Below, in pieces: positions 38,201 to 53,200 of a stretch of 64,000 bases of DNA. The position numbers and the translations under genes were made by a program. Numbering within the stretch: position 1 is the stretch's first letter; each line of letters begins with the position of its first letter. Source of the DNA: Balanoglossus misakiensis (taxonomy: Eukaryota; Animalia; Hemichordata); contig CM082597.2 of the NCBI GenBank assembly GCA_040954595.2, positions 1 through 64,000 on the forward strand. Direction: 5' to 3'. The notes beneath the pieces are model-generated. The model was not told the origin of the DNA, searched no databases, and saw only the letters and a list, made by a program, of their open reading frames with translations.

Positions 38201-41200
38201 GTAGAGTCACTGGTTGATGCTGACAGTGAGTTGCAATCAATTCCACCACAAAGCAACCAAATTTGTAGACTACGAGGTTACGTGGACTTAGTTTATTCAG
38301 ATCTACAGGAACCAACTTGTCATCACTGGTCCAACCAGAGTCAAGGTCATCAATGAAATGGTCACCTACAATAAAAACATCATAAATATCCATAGTTTGT
38401 CATTTACAGATACAATCATACAATGATATACTAGTTAACTAATGCCATAAAACTACACTTAGCACATTGCGTAATTACATATAATCCCATGATATCTTTC
38501 TTTGTTTGACGTCATCGTATACGAGTGGTTTTCGCGGAAGCGTACAACTTCGAGCCGCAGGCGAGAAGTTGTACGCTTCCGCGAAAACCACGAGTATACG
38601 ATGACGTTAAACAAAGAAAGATATCATGGGATTATATATTTATCACATGAACAGTCTTCTTATTTTTCGTTAGAAGAGGCAGGACTAAAACAATTCAGTA
38701 CCTTGCAACAATTTTGGAGCGGTGTCGTATTTTACTGAGCGGGATTATGTCCCCCAGGAGATATATGTTGGGAGATTTTATGAATGATCAGCGATAGTTC
38801 ATCATTTGCATATACGCAAATGGTGAACTATCGCTGATCATTCATAAAATCTCCCAACAAGTCGTCCCGTTGAGTTCCGTTCGCTCGAAGTTCGGCCTTA
38901 CACAAATGTAATCGATTCTCTAACAATTTTACTGCAACCTGTTGCCACGTCTTATACATTTCGTTGACCGGTGCAATAGAGAGGTTCAGTCGTCACGTTG
39001 AACTGGCTCGAAACAATTCCCCACACTGATTCGACTCGGAACGTACTGGACTTGCGCCTAGCCTAGGCTATGTACACCTGACCCAAAACTTTGACAGCCA
39101 CGATCGTCCATGATCGTTGCGTCGACTGTCTTCTTTCCAAATTCCACCTTTCTGTTTTGAGCTTACAAAGCGTTATTGTCATGGAACCGTATTTTTTTTA
39201 TTTCATTTCTGTATTGTAAATGCCGCGCGCTACACGTACTGTTTCTGTTTGACAACAAAGCTACGGCGAATCGGTGGAAATAGTTCCGGTTGATGACGTA
39301 ACACAGGGGTGATCAGGATTTTTGATCTGTCCTGGTCTACGTCACACAGGTGGTGATCAGGGCCAGTTCATGTGATAAGTCATCATATACACTTTGTTGT
39401 GACACAATGATATCTGTGATCATATATGTTATGTGCTCACTCAATGAGCATATTCCTTGACTGTGTTATTCATGGGGAGCAATGCACTTGTAAATTTGAA
39501 TTGCTTCTCCTAATGACTTAGAAAGGAATGAATTCTTCTCTGTAACAGAGTGATCTCAAACCAAGCTCTTGTCATCAACTTCTGTGGGCATGAGATGGTT
39601 AGCAAGAAAAGTTTAGACAAGAAGGCAACTGTAAAGTGACCTTTGGCAATCAAAAACATGGCCAAGAGACAACCCATTCTATGGCGTTTGGCCAGACGGC
39701 TTCAATGGTGTTCAAGATAGTTGAGGACATGAAGAATGCCAGCAGGAAAAAGGGTCTTTGAATGGTAAAGTAAACTGACACTTGAGAAGCAAGACTGTCG
39801 AGTCAGGTGATTGCAAAACTACACACTTTTAGGATGGCAAGTTGAGGACATTGAGTGTTAAAGATACAGTCCATATAATGATACACAAAAATGTAATATT
39901 GTAACTTAGTAATTGTAACTATATATGGCAGGCAGTACCTTTTCCAACAGCTGGTGAAGTATTTACACCCTTTGTTATCAGCTCTCTTATTTCCTCTATT
40001 TTCTTGTATAGTGGTGATGCCATGAGCAAGGTGGTCAATTCAGAATCGCTGAGTGGTGCTGTCATTTCATAACTGGATGGCATTTCCTGACTGGTCTGTC
40101 TTCCACCATCATCAGTCTTCGCTTTTACAGTTTCCTCCTTACCAAAGTGATCAATGTCTACAATTGCCTTAAGCTGTTGAATCTGTATGAATTGAGAAAA
40201 ATTCACATTCAAATCTATATCTTCTATCACTGCAATAAAATCATTGGCTGTCATTTAGCAACACCCCTCCAATGTCCATCAGATCTGACCTTCCCTCAAT
40301 AAAATTTGCTGGCATACTTTTCAAGACTGCTGGAGGTGTCATTAACACACTGTCCCACTGACAGTGTAAGCACATAACTGACAGCAATAAAGAAAGCTAC
40401 AGGAAAAAAAGGAGTTAAATAATCATTGCACAAACCTCCTCAGCTTTCAATTTTTCTTCTTCAAACTGAACCTTTTCTCTGTGTATTTGTAAACTTTCGG
40501 ACAAATCTTCATCAACCTTTCGTTGTTTTGCTTTTAACTTATCATCTCTTCTTTTGCGTAATCGTTCCTGAAATAGAAATGGAAAAGGGTCTTAAATTAT
40601 TAGAGACGATTTTTTTCATATTTGAAAATTGTCAAAGGAATTATTGCAATCAAACTGGAATGTTCTTTAAAATTTTGTTCATCCTTTCATAATCCTTACA
40701 AAAGGGTAGATTTTTAGACAAACATGCAGCTAATGATGACACTTTCCAAAATCTTTTTATTAAATTTCAGAAACTGGTTATGCGTCTATTAGTAAAAAGC
40801 AGATGGATATCTGGACACATGCACTCAAGGAAAGAGGTCTTTCAGATAAAATTTCTTATCATCATAAAAAAAATCAGGAACAAACCTGTAAACCACTCTG
40901 CATTCTTAATCTGTCTGCATCCATCTTGTTTGTTAATTTGGCAACTTCTTTCTCGTGCTCTTCTAAAATTCGATTTTGTTCTTCTTTGCTTACTCCTTGC
41001 GTTTTCAGCATCTCCATTTGTTCCTTGAAGAAAAACAGGCAATAATTGACATTATTATACACCTACTGCTGTAACCTATGGAGTTCCGTGATACAATAAT
41101 TCGCGGTATCACCGTACAATAATTATTCAAATGAGGACGCGGAGTCCCATAACCCACAGGGTTATTGGATGCATTGTGACTTTGACCTCACAGGACAGGT

Positions 41201-44200
41201 GATCAATGTAAACAATGATGATATTACCCTACTCGACAAAAATTTATATAAAAAGTACACAGCCGTTATTAAACGAAATTATTGGTGGCCCAAGATGTGA
41301 AATAAAATCAAAATCCTCGATGAAATTTCAGTCGAAGGAATCTGTGAACGAATAGGCGAGCGCGTTCATTTCAAGCAGCGTAGAACGTCGCGCGCGAGAC
41401 GTCGGCAGCTCGACACTAGCATCACCTGATGCGCGAGGTCTAGGCGCGTTCGATATGCAAATTACATCATGGCGGCGTCTGAAAACTAGAAAGTCCGATA
41501 GCGGCCTATTTATTCTTTATCGTTCATCAAAGACGTCCGGAAAAGGTGTATAATAATAAGGTTATTCACAAAATACCGGGATTTATGTCCTCGTACATCG
41601 TACGCTTCGGTATTGTCCTCGACGCTGCGCGTCTCGGACAATACCTGCGCTGCACGATGTACTCGGACATAAATCCCGGTATTTTGTGAATAACCTTATA
41701 TTATTTGGGAAGGGTTCTTCTCTTATTCCAGCATGCAAACAAATTTATTGGACAAGGATCTCACACTCAAACATGCAAGAGTGGCTATGGGGTATATTTC
41801 CTGGATGCAAACATGCATGTATATGATGATAACTGTACCTGTATAACAGAATAGAAATTTAGCACTTTACATGTATGCATAAGAGATAATGAATTTGGCA
41901 TCACACATTAGCTGTACTGCAATGTTACTGATATAGCTGATGGTCCACCCAGCGATAGCTGAATTGGATAATGGTTCATGTGCAACATCTCTTTATGGTC
42001 AAAATAATCAATATTGTTGTTTTTTCTGCTGTTTCTTTTTTATATCTTACCTTTATCTTTTGTTGTTTTTCCTTCAGTAATTCTTCCTTGCGTTTGTTTA
42101 ATGCAGCAATAGACTTTGCTGTCCTTTCTCTCTCTTTTTCTGCTTCTTCATCTAACTGCTGTTCATAGGATTGGACTTCATTCTTCATTCTGACTTTTTC
42201 TGCTTTCACAAACTCTGTAAATACAAATGTAGTGTTATTTGAGGAAAACAAACACTCAGGTATCTGCTAAAATGGTAACTTTTCACAGGAACACAAGTTA
42301 TCATGAGTCATTAATTGACCAATAGACATTAACATACTGATTAATTTTTGTATCAACCTGGTAACATTCATTCAACACACACCTTTTTCTTATCATATTT
42401 ATTCTGATGACATGACACGCAAAATTCTTGACTCATGCAAGGTTGCATATTTAAACAATGCGAACACATGAATATCGCAGAAAAATAACAGAAAACTTGT
42501 TCAAATCAAGCCTCTACTGAATTTACCTTCTGAGTCTTTCTTTATCTTTTCTTCCTGCAGTAATCTCTCGCGTTCTAGTTTCTCTTTCAGTTCTTCTAAA
42601 TCACGGGCTGCTTTAGTAGCATCTTCAGCTGTTCTGTTCTTCTTATCAGCCAAAAATTCTTTCAAAGCTTCAGCGTATTCCTGAAAGATAAATATTTTTT
42701 TTTGTATAGACATCATCACCAGTGATGAAAGAGTTTTGGAAAGTTACAAACATCTGCAACAGACAGAGTGTATTGTAGTTTCTGTGTGAGGGCGCTTTTC
42801 ATGACGCCTCTAATCCCGGTCATAACGAACATGACCTCTGACCTGGTGATTGTTCTTTTTGATGTGTCCAGTTATGTCCAAGGCCATTTAAACTAGTGGA
42901 TGTATGTGTCTGAGTAATACAGACTCTCATCCAGTTCATTCCTGCCTGTGTTATACATCAATAAATAAATAAAGCAAAGTGCAGATGATTACCTCATAAT
43001 GTTTTTCTTTCAAATTCAACTTTGCCCTTGCGTATCTCAGTTCCCAGTCTTGTAATGCCTCTTGCTCCTTCTCTCTTCTCTCATTGGCCAATCTCTTCTC
43101 AAGATCTGCGATTTCTAACTGTTGCTTATTAAGTAATTCAACTTTCTTCTGTTGAAGTTGCTCTGGTGTTAAATTTTGTTGAAGCAATGCATTCATTTCT
43201 TCTTCATGTTGATGCAACATGGTGTCACGTTCTTGATCATATTTCTCATGAAGTTTTGATAGTTTAGCTTCCACTGCCACTTGTCGCTCAGCTGTAAACT
43301 GGGCATCCAAATCTCTCATTTCTTGTTCATGACGCTTTTCCAGTACCTATGAATGATATAAAATGTATTCTTAAAAAGCAATGCTTTACTCAATTAAAAA
43401 GTTATTCTCAAAGGGGCCAGTGCCAAATCTATCTCCAGAAAGTGACTCAGTTTTGGTGAGCATCGCAAATCAAATCTCTAAAAATAACATCAAATTTGTG
43501 TTATGTTTACAGGTCTAATATATTTACATCTAGTTGCAAAGACAAACTCAAAAATACAGCACAGTACAAACAATCAAAAAAAGCACAAAGAAAAAAGTAA
43601 AGTCTGTGAAAGAAAGATATATGACCTTTTGGCATAATACCAACAAGTTATTGCTTTATCTGCACTTGGAAGTAAAAAATAAAAGTAAACTTACTGCCTT
43701 GACAACGCTCTCTGTATTTTCAACTCCATGTTCTTGTATGCCCTCTGTTATAGTTTTACGTTCCTCATCTTTCACTTTCTTAGATCTCACTTCAGCCAAT
43801 TCTTTTTTCTGAGCAAGTAACTCTTGGGCCATTTCAATTTCTTGTTTACGTTTTTGTTCACTCAACATTCTCTTCTTGCGTTCCATCAGTTTATCTCTTA
43901 GGGCCAGCTGTTGACGAGTTCTTTCACTGTCCAATCTGTCTTCAAGTTCTTCAAGCTCTCTTGCATGTGCTTCTAGCAACTGGATATCAATAGACATAAT
44001 CAGTACTACTACCTTGTAACACACAAGAACACACTTTTACACTTCATAAAAAACATGTGATCATACTCTTCCATACTCCAAAAAAATCGTAGGTCAAATA
44101 TCAAATAAAATCCAGACAGACAATGTACAAACACAGAAAACCAGACTGACAATGTACAAACACAGAAAACCAGACAGACAATGTACAAACACAGATATCC

Positions 44201-47200
44201 AGACAGACAATGTACAAACACAGATATCCAGACAGACAATGTACAAACACAGATATCCAGACAGACAATGTACAAACACAGATATCCAGACAGACAATGT
44301 ACAAACACAGATATCCAGACAGACAATGTACCTACCCGAGCCACCTCTTCATCTGATAAATCTTTTCTTGCAGAAAGTTCAGCAGCTTGTTTGTTTTTCT
44401 TTTCTCGTATTAATTTTTCTCTTTCAGCTTGTGCTTTTTTGGTTTCAGTCATTTCTTTGCTGGAACTCTCTTTCTCTAGTTTCACCAACAAATCTTCACT
44501 TTCTTCACCATGTCTTGTACGCATTTCATTCTGGACGCGTTCATGTTCTTTGATGACAGACTAATGAGGCACAATACACACAAAATATTTGCATGAAATA
44601 TAATGTAACAAGATTCCATATTCAGAAAAATGTTTCAACCAATGCAGCTAAGCTGCAGCACTTGTTGTATAGCAATATCAAAGCTGAGAAAACCAATAAA
44701 CCCAAAGTAAATTGAACAAAAAAAAATATGGCTGTCATAAAATAAAGCTTACAAATTACAGACAATGTTGAAAGTGAACTATTTAGAGTTTTTGGTAGAA
44801 AAATGTGACAAAAGATTATGAATATTGATATGACTGATGCATCACTTGGGATTGAACCAATCGTAGTTGTAGCATGAAGTATCCAACGTGCCTTGCCCAG
44901 GTACAATGTTTCAACAACCCAACCACCATCAGCTCTTATCTTTCAACAACCCAACCACCATCAGCTCTAATGTTTCAACAACCCAAACCACCATCAGCTC
45001 TACTGCAATTCTACATGTATTTGTTTCCACTAACCTGTTCCTCCATGGAAAGGTCAGCCATGTTCACATCTGACTTCAAACTTGAGGTGAGATCTGGCGC
45101 TTCTAATCTGGATGTCTGTAATTCTTCGTCTTCATGAAGTCTTTTAAGAGCCATTTCCTCAGCTTTCCTTGAAGCTTCTTTCATTTTACGCAATCTCCTT
45201 GCAGCTAACTTGGCTTTCAGCTCAGCTTGCTGTTTTTCTTTTTGTGATGACAGCTCAAAGTCTAGATTTTCAGCATCACGTCTGTACTGATCCAAAATCT
45301 GTTGTTGTAATACAGCATTCACTCCAAACTGACTTGACAACTGAAAGGTCAAGAAATGCCATCATATCATTAAAATGAAAGTCAACATATTGCTGACATA
45401 TACAGCAATCTTATTTGAATGAAGACCATGTGCAATGACCATGCTTTTATCAACTGAGGGAATAAGAGTAAGGATGGTTTCACTTTCAAGGAAGTAAAAG
45501 CTTAATGTCATGAAAGAATCTCACATGAAACATTCATGAAAATGGAAAAAAAGAGAGCAGAGAGTAATTATGACGCTGTTCTGATTAACGGTGTTTTCTT
45601 TGAAAGGACGTAATAGCTTAGAAAGGAATGTATACATATTTGCAACAGACACGCCAGGAAATGTACAGGAATTCCACCTTACATGTACAGGAAGTTGTGT
45701 CTGTAAATGAAAAACATGGTCAACAGTTTACCTTTCTAAGTAAGTTTTTATGTCCATCTTGAATCTCTTTGGTCTTTTCTTCATCAATATTTCCATTAAT
45801 ATCTTTTTCATGTTGAGATTCTTCTGCATCTAGTTCAGCTTCTAAGGCTTCCATTTCCCTTTGATGATATTCACTAATTGCTTTGGAATCGTCTTTTGGA
45901 CCAAGCTGTTAAAATACAAAAGCAATACACTACAATTCATTTCTTGGTCATAATAGCCTTCAGTTTTCAATAGTTATCATTCATAATTTGAAAACAGCTA
46001 CAATTCTGTTTCCCAATCATATGTTCTTCAACCTTAGAAAAAAATGCTTATATACATGTCCTTGAGCCGAAGATATGAAACAATTATCTCTGTTCAGACA
46101 TAACTTTTTCTCCAGCTTCAACTGTAAATTATGATATAATGTCCATGTATTAAGTACAATCAAAAATCATTCTCATGTCAATTACAACCAGAAAAAATTA
46201 GCATTGTGATGAAAGATGTACCTTTTCAAGTTCAGCATCGTGTTTATTCTTTAAATCACGCAACTGTTTTCTTTTCTTCTTTGCCATTCTATCCTTCAGT
46301 GTTTTCATCTGTAAGGCTCTTCGTTTCTCTAATCTATCCAAACTGGTCTTTTCAACTTGTTTCTGCTCAGCTGTCAATTCATCCAAGGTCTCTGGACTTA
46401 TCACTCCAGTCTTTTCCAAACTTTCCTGATTTGACAAGAGAATTAGAATTAGACAGAGTATGCTGGGATATAAATTACCTTGAAATCCAAAAATGTACAT
46501 TATGACTTGAGTAGATGCAAGTGTGAAATCAGAGTGATGTCAAACTGTACTGTTTATGATATCTAATTATGCACATTTGATTCTTTTGAGTGAGATAACA
46601 AAAGCTAATTCTGGATCAGAAAATGCCAAAATTCAAAATGCTCCGTCTGAAGAGTGAAGGCCTACAAGTGTCCTGTCGCAAGAGTGAAATGCCAAACTTC
46701 AAAGTGTACATGTATTATTGACAGTAATGATAATGCCCCTATGTACTTATTGTTTTAAATTATCAACTCAATACCCAAAACATGCACCTCTGAGACTGGC
46801 TTAACTGTTCCTGAAACTGGATATTTTGTCATCCAATTTTCATTTTCCATGTTTTTTAAAACACATACTTGGGAACATGCAGCTAGCAACAGCAGCTAGC
46901 AACAGCAGACCTACATACATTCAACCTGAGTACTTACCATTGCTTCAGTAAAGTTCTCTGTTAATTTGTGTTGTTGTTCATTGGCTAATTCTGATGCCTG
47001 TTTCATCTGTGTTCTAGTAATGGCAGCAGATTCTTCAGAGTGTAAAGTGTCCAATGTATGTTGGTGGATTTTCAGTAGACTTTCCGTATCTACTTTGGTT
47101 TCTTCTGGCGCTGGTATATCTGCTTCCTCAGCCTTCAAATAAAAAATGACATCACCATAAGTAACAAATACTCCTCATCATCATATGCTCTCTTTTTCAC

Positions 47201-50200
47201 CACAGAATGGGTCGGGGTTAAATATTTGTCTATGACTCGCTCAATTTAGAGGTACCTACCTTTTAATCTTTCATCAAATGCTAGTCTCTCTACAACTTAC
47301 AAGCAGAGTTTCTTTACCAGTATATACGCATGATTCAAGAAGTCAAACGGCATTGACTTTTCATATCAAACAAAATTGACCAAAAAAGTCCCTTTTGCGT
47401 ATTTGTAGTTGTTTAAAGTTTATATACATTTTAATCTACTGAAATTTACCTGAATGAATAACCAAATAGATAATTAGAAATCTGAACAATAAAAATGTTC
47501 TCACCTGTTTGACATGCTTGTCATGCAGTGACTTTTCTCTCTGTTTTCTGCGTTGAGCCAACCTATCACGAAGATCTTGTAACTGTCTTTGTTTCTGGCT
47601 ATCTAATCTTCCCAACACCATGGCCAACTCTTTTTCATGTTCAGCCATAATTCTATCAATGTCCGCTTGTGATAAATCTTCATCCAGCTGAGCTGCTAAC
47701 TTTGACGACAATCTTTGCAGAGATTCCTGGCGTTTGCTTTCCTACAAGACAAAGATGACAGATTTCAGTGGCAACGTTCTCTATCTCTATTACATTTTAA
47801 CAAACAGACACCAATTCAAGCATTACAAACAAAATTCATTCTCCTCTTCTAACATAATCTTTTTGGAATATCTTACATGTTCTTGTAACAGACTATTTAT
47901 TTCCTTGTCTTCTTCTTCCTGTAGCTCTTTTTCCAACTGCATTCTCTCGGACGCCTGTTTCTTAGGAAGATCACTCAAACCAGAGCGTGATGTTACCACG
48001 TTGCCATGGATATTGAATGTAGTGGAGCCATGACTACCAGCTTGTCTCAAGATCTCAGAGGTGATTGGAATCTTGCCAGAATTGATTCTTTCCAGTAATA
48101 ATTGAAGAGCATGCATCAATTCCTGATCCCGGGTATTACCACCTGTGACAAAAAAACAACAACAATGTTGTAACTTTACTTGAAATTCAATTTTAGGCTT
48201 TTATCCATAAATTTATATTATGCACAGCAGTGGAATGTTGTCTTTCATTAAAAGTAACACAACAACTTCCCTTCTTGCAAATTTACAAAACAAGGTTACT
48301 GGAGACAAAGGTTTGTTACTACACTCAAAATGTTTCTACACGCACAAATGCATACATAGAATACCTACCTGTAATACGGAACTGTTTTGTAAGACTTCCG
48401 CCAGTGATATTTGTGTTGACAATGGTTCCACCTCTTGTGTCACTCATTTGATCTCCATCTCCCCAAGCTTTCCTTCGTCGTTCTTTTTCAATTTGTTCCA
48501 ATTTTGACAAATCTAGATTGTTCAACATATTCTTCAGTCCTTCATTCTGCTTGCTAATTTTTTCATAGAAGTTTCGAAGTTCTTCCTGGTGTTTGGCTAG
48601 TTGAGTGGACAGGTACAGGGTCTGATCTTCTAGTTTGTCATAGAATGTACGTACATTGAAATCTTCCAGTTCATTGGATAAACCAGCCTTTCCAGTCAAT
48701 CCTACCTCAGCTCCCTCTGGTATACCACGTGGTCCAAGAATAACATCCTGCCTGTTATCAAACAATTATCAAATAAGCAATTATAATTGACTGTTTGAAC
48801 CAAGGATGCAGGGATAACATGTCACCTGTCTGACAGAAATGAGTAACACATACTGAGACGACCTGAAACTTTTCATCTCTAAAACTGCCAGTACAGCCTT
48901 ACTGCTTTTCATGTTTTTGTTAAGAGAAACTTATAAATCAAGGTTACTGTAGACAAAGGCTTGTTTCTACACCAAACATTATTTCAGCAGATGTCATGAT
49001 CTGGTATAAAGCATCTCTTACACAATACTATAGCTGTCCCAAATGGTTAGAGCTTACCTATCATAATCACAGAATTGTAAGTAAGGTGGTACTTGGGGTG
49101 GAGCTCCCAGACTTCTGTATTTTGGTTTCCACATTTTCAGAGGATAGATTCCAGCATTTCTTGGTCTCCACACAATCACAGCAACAACAACCATTACAAG
49201 ACATGCAGCTAGGAATGCCAGCATTCCTGAAACCAAGAAAAGTGTGTGTAAATAATATGACATCAGTTGAAGAGATCATTATTCAAATGAAATTGGCCAA
49301 TGTAATCCGTTAAAATTTATAGCTAAGCTAGCAAATATTAGTCTTTTTGAAACTCCCATTCATTACAGAGATTGAATTACACACTCTTACATGCAACTCA
49401 ACCTCATTTACATTTAGTAAAATGAGCCAATTTTAGTTTCCATCATATGAAAGACAGCCACTAACCGATGATAAGTCCCCAGTCTGGTTCTTCATTGATT
49501 GCACCTTGCTTTCCTACACCATAGTCTACCAAGTTAATGGGAGCTGATGGTTGTATCCGTGATTGGCTATCATCACAACTTGATCCATCCGGTTCAACAG
49601 AAATAATTGCTTCTCTCTCTGGTTCTTGTGCATCTGCAAACACATATTTGCCAGCCTCTGTGAACACATGTGCAAAGTTCCAAACAGTCACATTGGTTTC
49701 TTCAATCAAGAACTTCAGCTCAGAGAAGGCTCCATAGTCAAATGTTGGGTTGCTGTTGTAGAGATGATCTTTGACATAGATGGGATAATTACTCAAACTT
49801 CTGTCTTCATCATTTATGTAAATGCGGAATACAACCATATCTTCTATTTCCAAGCAAATGACTGGGTTTGGTATGTAAGGCACAGATACATCACTCAAAG
49901 TTGAATTTGTTGGAAAGACTGTATTCTGAAGTAAACGTCGCCTTGAACTGCTTGTTACAGGAACATACAATGTGCTTGCAACTATTGGACCTGAAAAAAA
50001 AATTAGACAAAGATTATTATTGATAGAAATGAAATTTACATGCAATAATTGTTTCCAAACACTCTACTACTAATGTCCCATTTTGTTTCACGCAAGCATC
50101 ACTTACTTTGAAGTATTTCTGTTTGTGATGGATCTGTGATGATGTGGCCTTGAACTTCAGTTCGAGTGAAGCTGACTATATGCGTATGTTTTGTGCCTGA

Positions 50201-53200
50201 TGTGTGTTGACTTGGACCAACTGTGTAAGGAACAACCTGAAAACAAATCAGAGATAATAAACAATAAGAAACCAGTTTGTTCTGATAACACTGAGCTTAA
50301 TTTCAGCTTAATGGTTATAATTATGGTTTCACTATTCTAGAGGAGTTTGAAATAAACTCAGGTAAATAACGGAATACCACTACAGATTTATATCAATTTG
50401 ATTAATATACTAGAAATTTATTGGTTGAATTGAATTCAAGAGAAGCAATTACCTCAGAGGTGGTGTCACCGGTCACAGGGTCCTCCGTTATGACTTGTAA
50501 CTGGGCTGCTTCATTTAATGTGCCACCAACAAATGGAGAGTTTGCAAGACATTGTGAATCGCAAAACTCTGTTGGGGATGTATACTGTGAACATTGACAT
50601 CTGTTAAACAACAATAAACATGATAATTGACATTCAGTGAGTAATGGGGATGACACAGTACACCAAAAAGGATTTAGTGAACAGAATTGGATGCAAGCTG
50701 TCAGCAAGTGATAGATAAGGCTATCACTTGTTAGCTCATCTTCATTGAGTCACATTGGAATGACTGTGGGTGTTGGTCGCATCACACACATCACCGAGAC
50801 AAATGTGATGCAACCCATAATCACAAGAATGGCAATAAAACTAAACAAAGAAGTGATATTAAGTGACAAATTATTTATCATATGCCCATTTCCATTTATA
50901 AGCATAGAACGCAAATTGCCAAAATGTACGTAAAATGTTCAAAACTGCCTTGCCTATGCAGCTGCACAATTATCATAACCCAACCCTCTACTGTAAGGAA
51001 GAGCATAATTTCTCACCTGCCATTGTTAACATTGACTGACCCACCACTGGCACCACATCCTGGTGTGCAGTCATAGGTCGATGGATCCACACATTGTCTT
51101 GAACTAGCCAATCGTACCTGAGTAATATCACATCTTTCATCAACTTGTGGTTGACAGTCACTTGCAGCATTACCCTCAGTTTCCTTTTCATCAATTTCAT
51201 TGTAGAAAACATAGCCAGACTCACATACACAGGCCCCATTAGATGTTTGGAAAGCACGATTTTTCCCTATACATGTACACAAAGCACTGCCTGGGACTGC
51301 TGCAGCAGAACTACCACAAGGTCTACAGGCTTGTTGACCCAACATGTTGTTGAAAGTATCTATCGGGCAATTCTCACAGTCATCCTCTGATATGGCTTTT
51401 AATCTATTGCCATATTTGCCTGTTGGACATGGTGTAGGGGCTCCAGAGCCTGTCGGACAGTAATATCCAATTGGACATGGGTTGGTAGTTGGATCCCCTG
51501 TACCTTCTGGACAATAGTATCCTTCCCAACAAATGGAACATTCAAATCTTTCAGTATGGTTACCATATGTTCCAGCAGGACATATGCGACAAGAATTATC
51601 TTCATCTGTTCTCAGTTCAGAGTGTGGTACTGCCATGTATCCAAGTGGACATTCTAAAGGTATCTCACTTCCAGTAGGACAATATTTCGGGAAGAAACAT
51701 CTTGTGTAACTACTTGATCCTAATGGACAGTAATAGCCTCCAGGACATTCCGGTGGGATACCAGTTGTTCCTTCACAATATGCTCCTGGACGACAGACTA
51801 CTTCCAATGCAGCACCTTCTGGACATTCAAATGTAGGTCTGCATGGAATACCATGTACATTGATGGTATCATTTGGACAATAATACCCTGGTGTACAAAG
51901 TGGACAGTCATCATTACTGACTCTACCTGTTGTTGTACTCATTCGACCACCAGTGCATGGTTCTGGGTATGTGACAGCTTCTTCACAGTAATGACCAACT
52001 GGGCAAGGGTTTTGGGCATAGGTTACCATAGCAGTATCATTACACCAGTAACCTGCTGTACATGGATAACAGTCACCTTCACTGGCTGCTGCTGGATCAT
52101 CACGATATGTGTAAAGCGGACATTCTTGTGGTGCTACACCTTCTTCACAATAATATCCTACTGGGCAGTCATAAGGCATAGGATCACCTTCAATACAATG
52201 ACTCCCTGCAGGGCATGGCTGACAATCAGATAATTGGCTGGCACCTGGGCTGGTCCTCAGAGTGTGGTTTGGACATGCAATTGGATCGTCTATGCCATCA
52301 GGACAATAATGACCAGCTGGACAAGGACCTGCACATTGAGTATTTGGACTACATTGGTCTTGATCTGGATTGGCTGGAGGTGGATCACCTGCAGGTGTAT
52401 ATTCATAACTTCCAGCTAAACAGAAGTAGCCAGCACTACATTTGTCCATAATATATCCACCTCTACAGTAGAATCCAGAGATGCAAGGCTGACATTCTTC
52501 TTCACCTCCCAATCCGGTTTCATTGTCATACGTAAAGGTACCATTTGGACAAGGTATAGGGTACATAGTGCCTTCTGGACAATAGTGGTATGCTGGACAT
52601 GGCAATGGATCTGGTTCTAAGGCACTCTGGCAATAAAAACCTCTTTGACAAGGTATACATTCAGTTCCTCCTTCATTCGGTTGATAAGTGCCTGTGTCAC
52701 AGGGATAAGGTTCTACAGTCCCTTCAAGACAGTAGTGTCCTTTAGGACATAACAAATCTGAAGGTTCTGGTGATGACGTAGAATGGTTTGCAGGGCAGTA
52801 AAATCTTTCATGACATAATCCTGTTGGTTCAGTGTTACCATAGCCTTCACAGTAATGACCTCCAGTACATGGTTCACACTCATGTAGGCCAGTTGCTCCT
52901 AATAATGACAAACACAAAAGTAAACTCTTGAGGCACCTCTTGTGGTAAGATATGTTACACAACAGGTAGTGATACATGTTTGACATAGCATTCATCATTT
53001 CTTGCATACATGTTCATAATATTAACACTGGCATATCTAGACTGCGTTTGACATATTTCTGCATCACAGGCTTTTAAACAATTTGAGAGCTAATACGTCT
53101 TAAAGTTTTAGCATGCAGCAGTTTGTGATAATGTCATATCAGAAAATGAAGTACTGATGCAACATATTCAACACCACCTGCAGAATAGATCATAAGTTTT

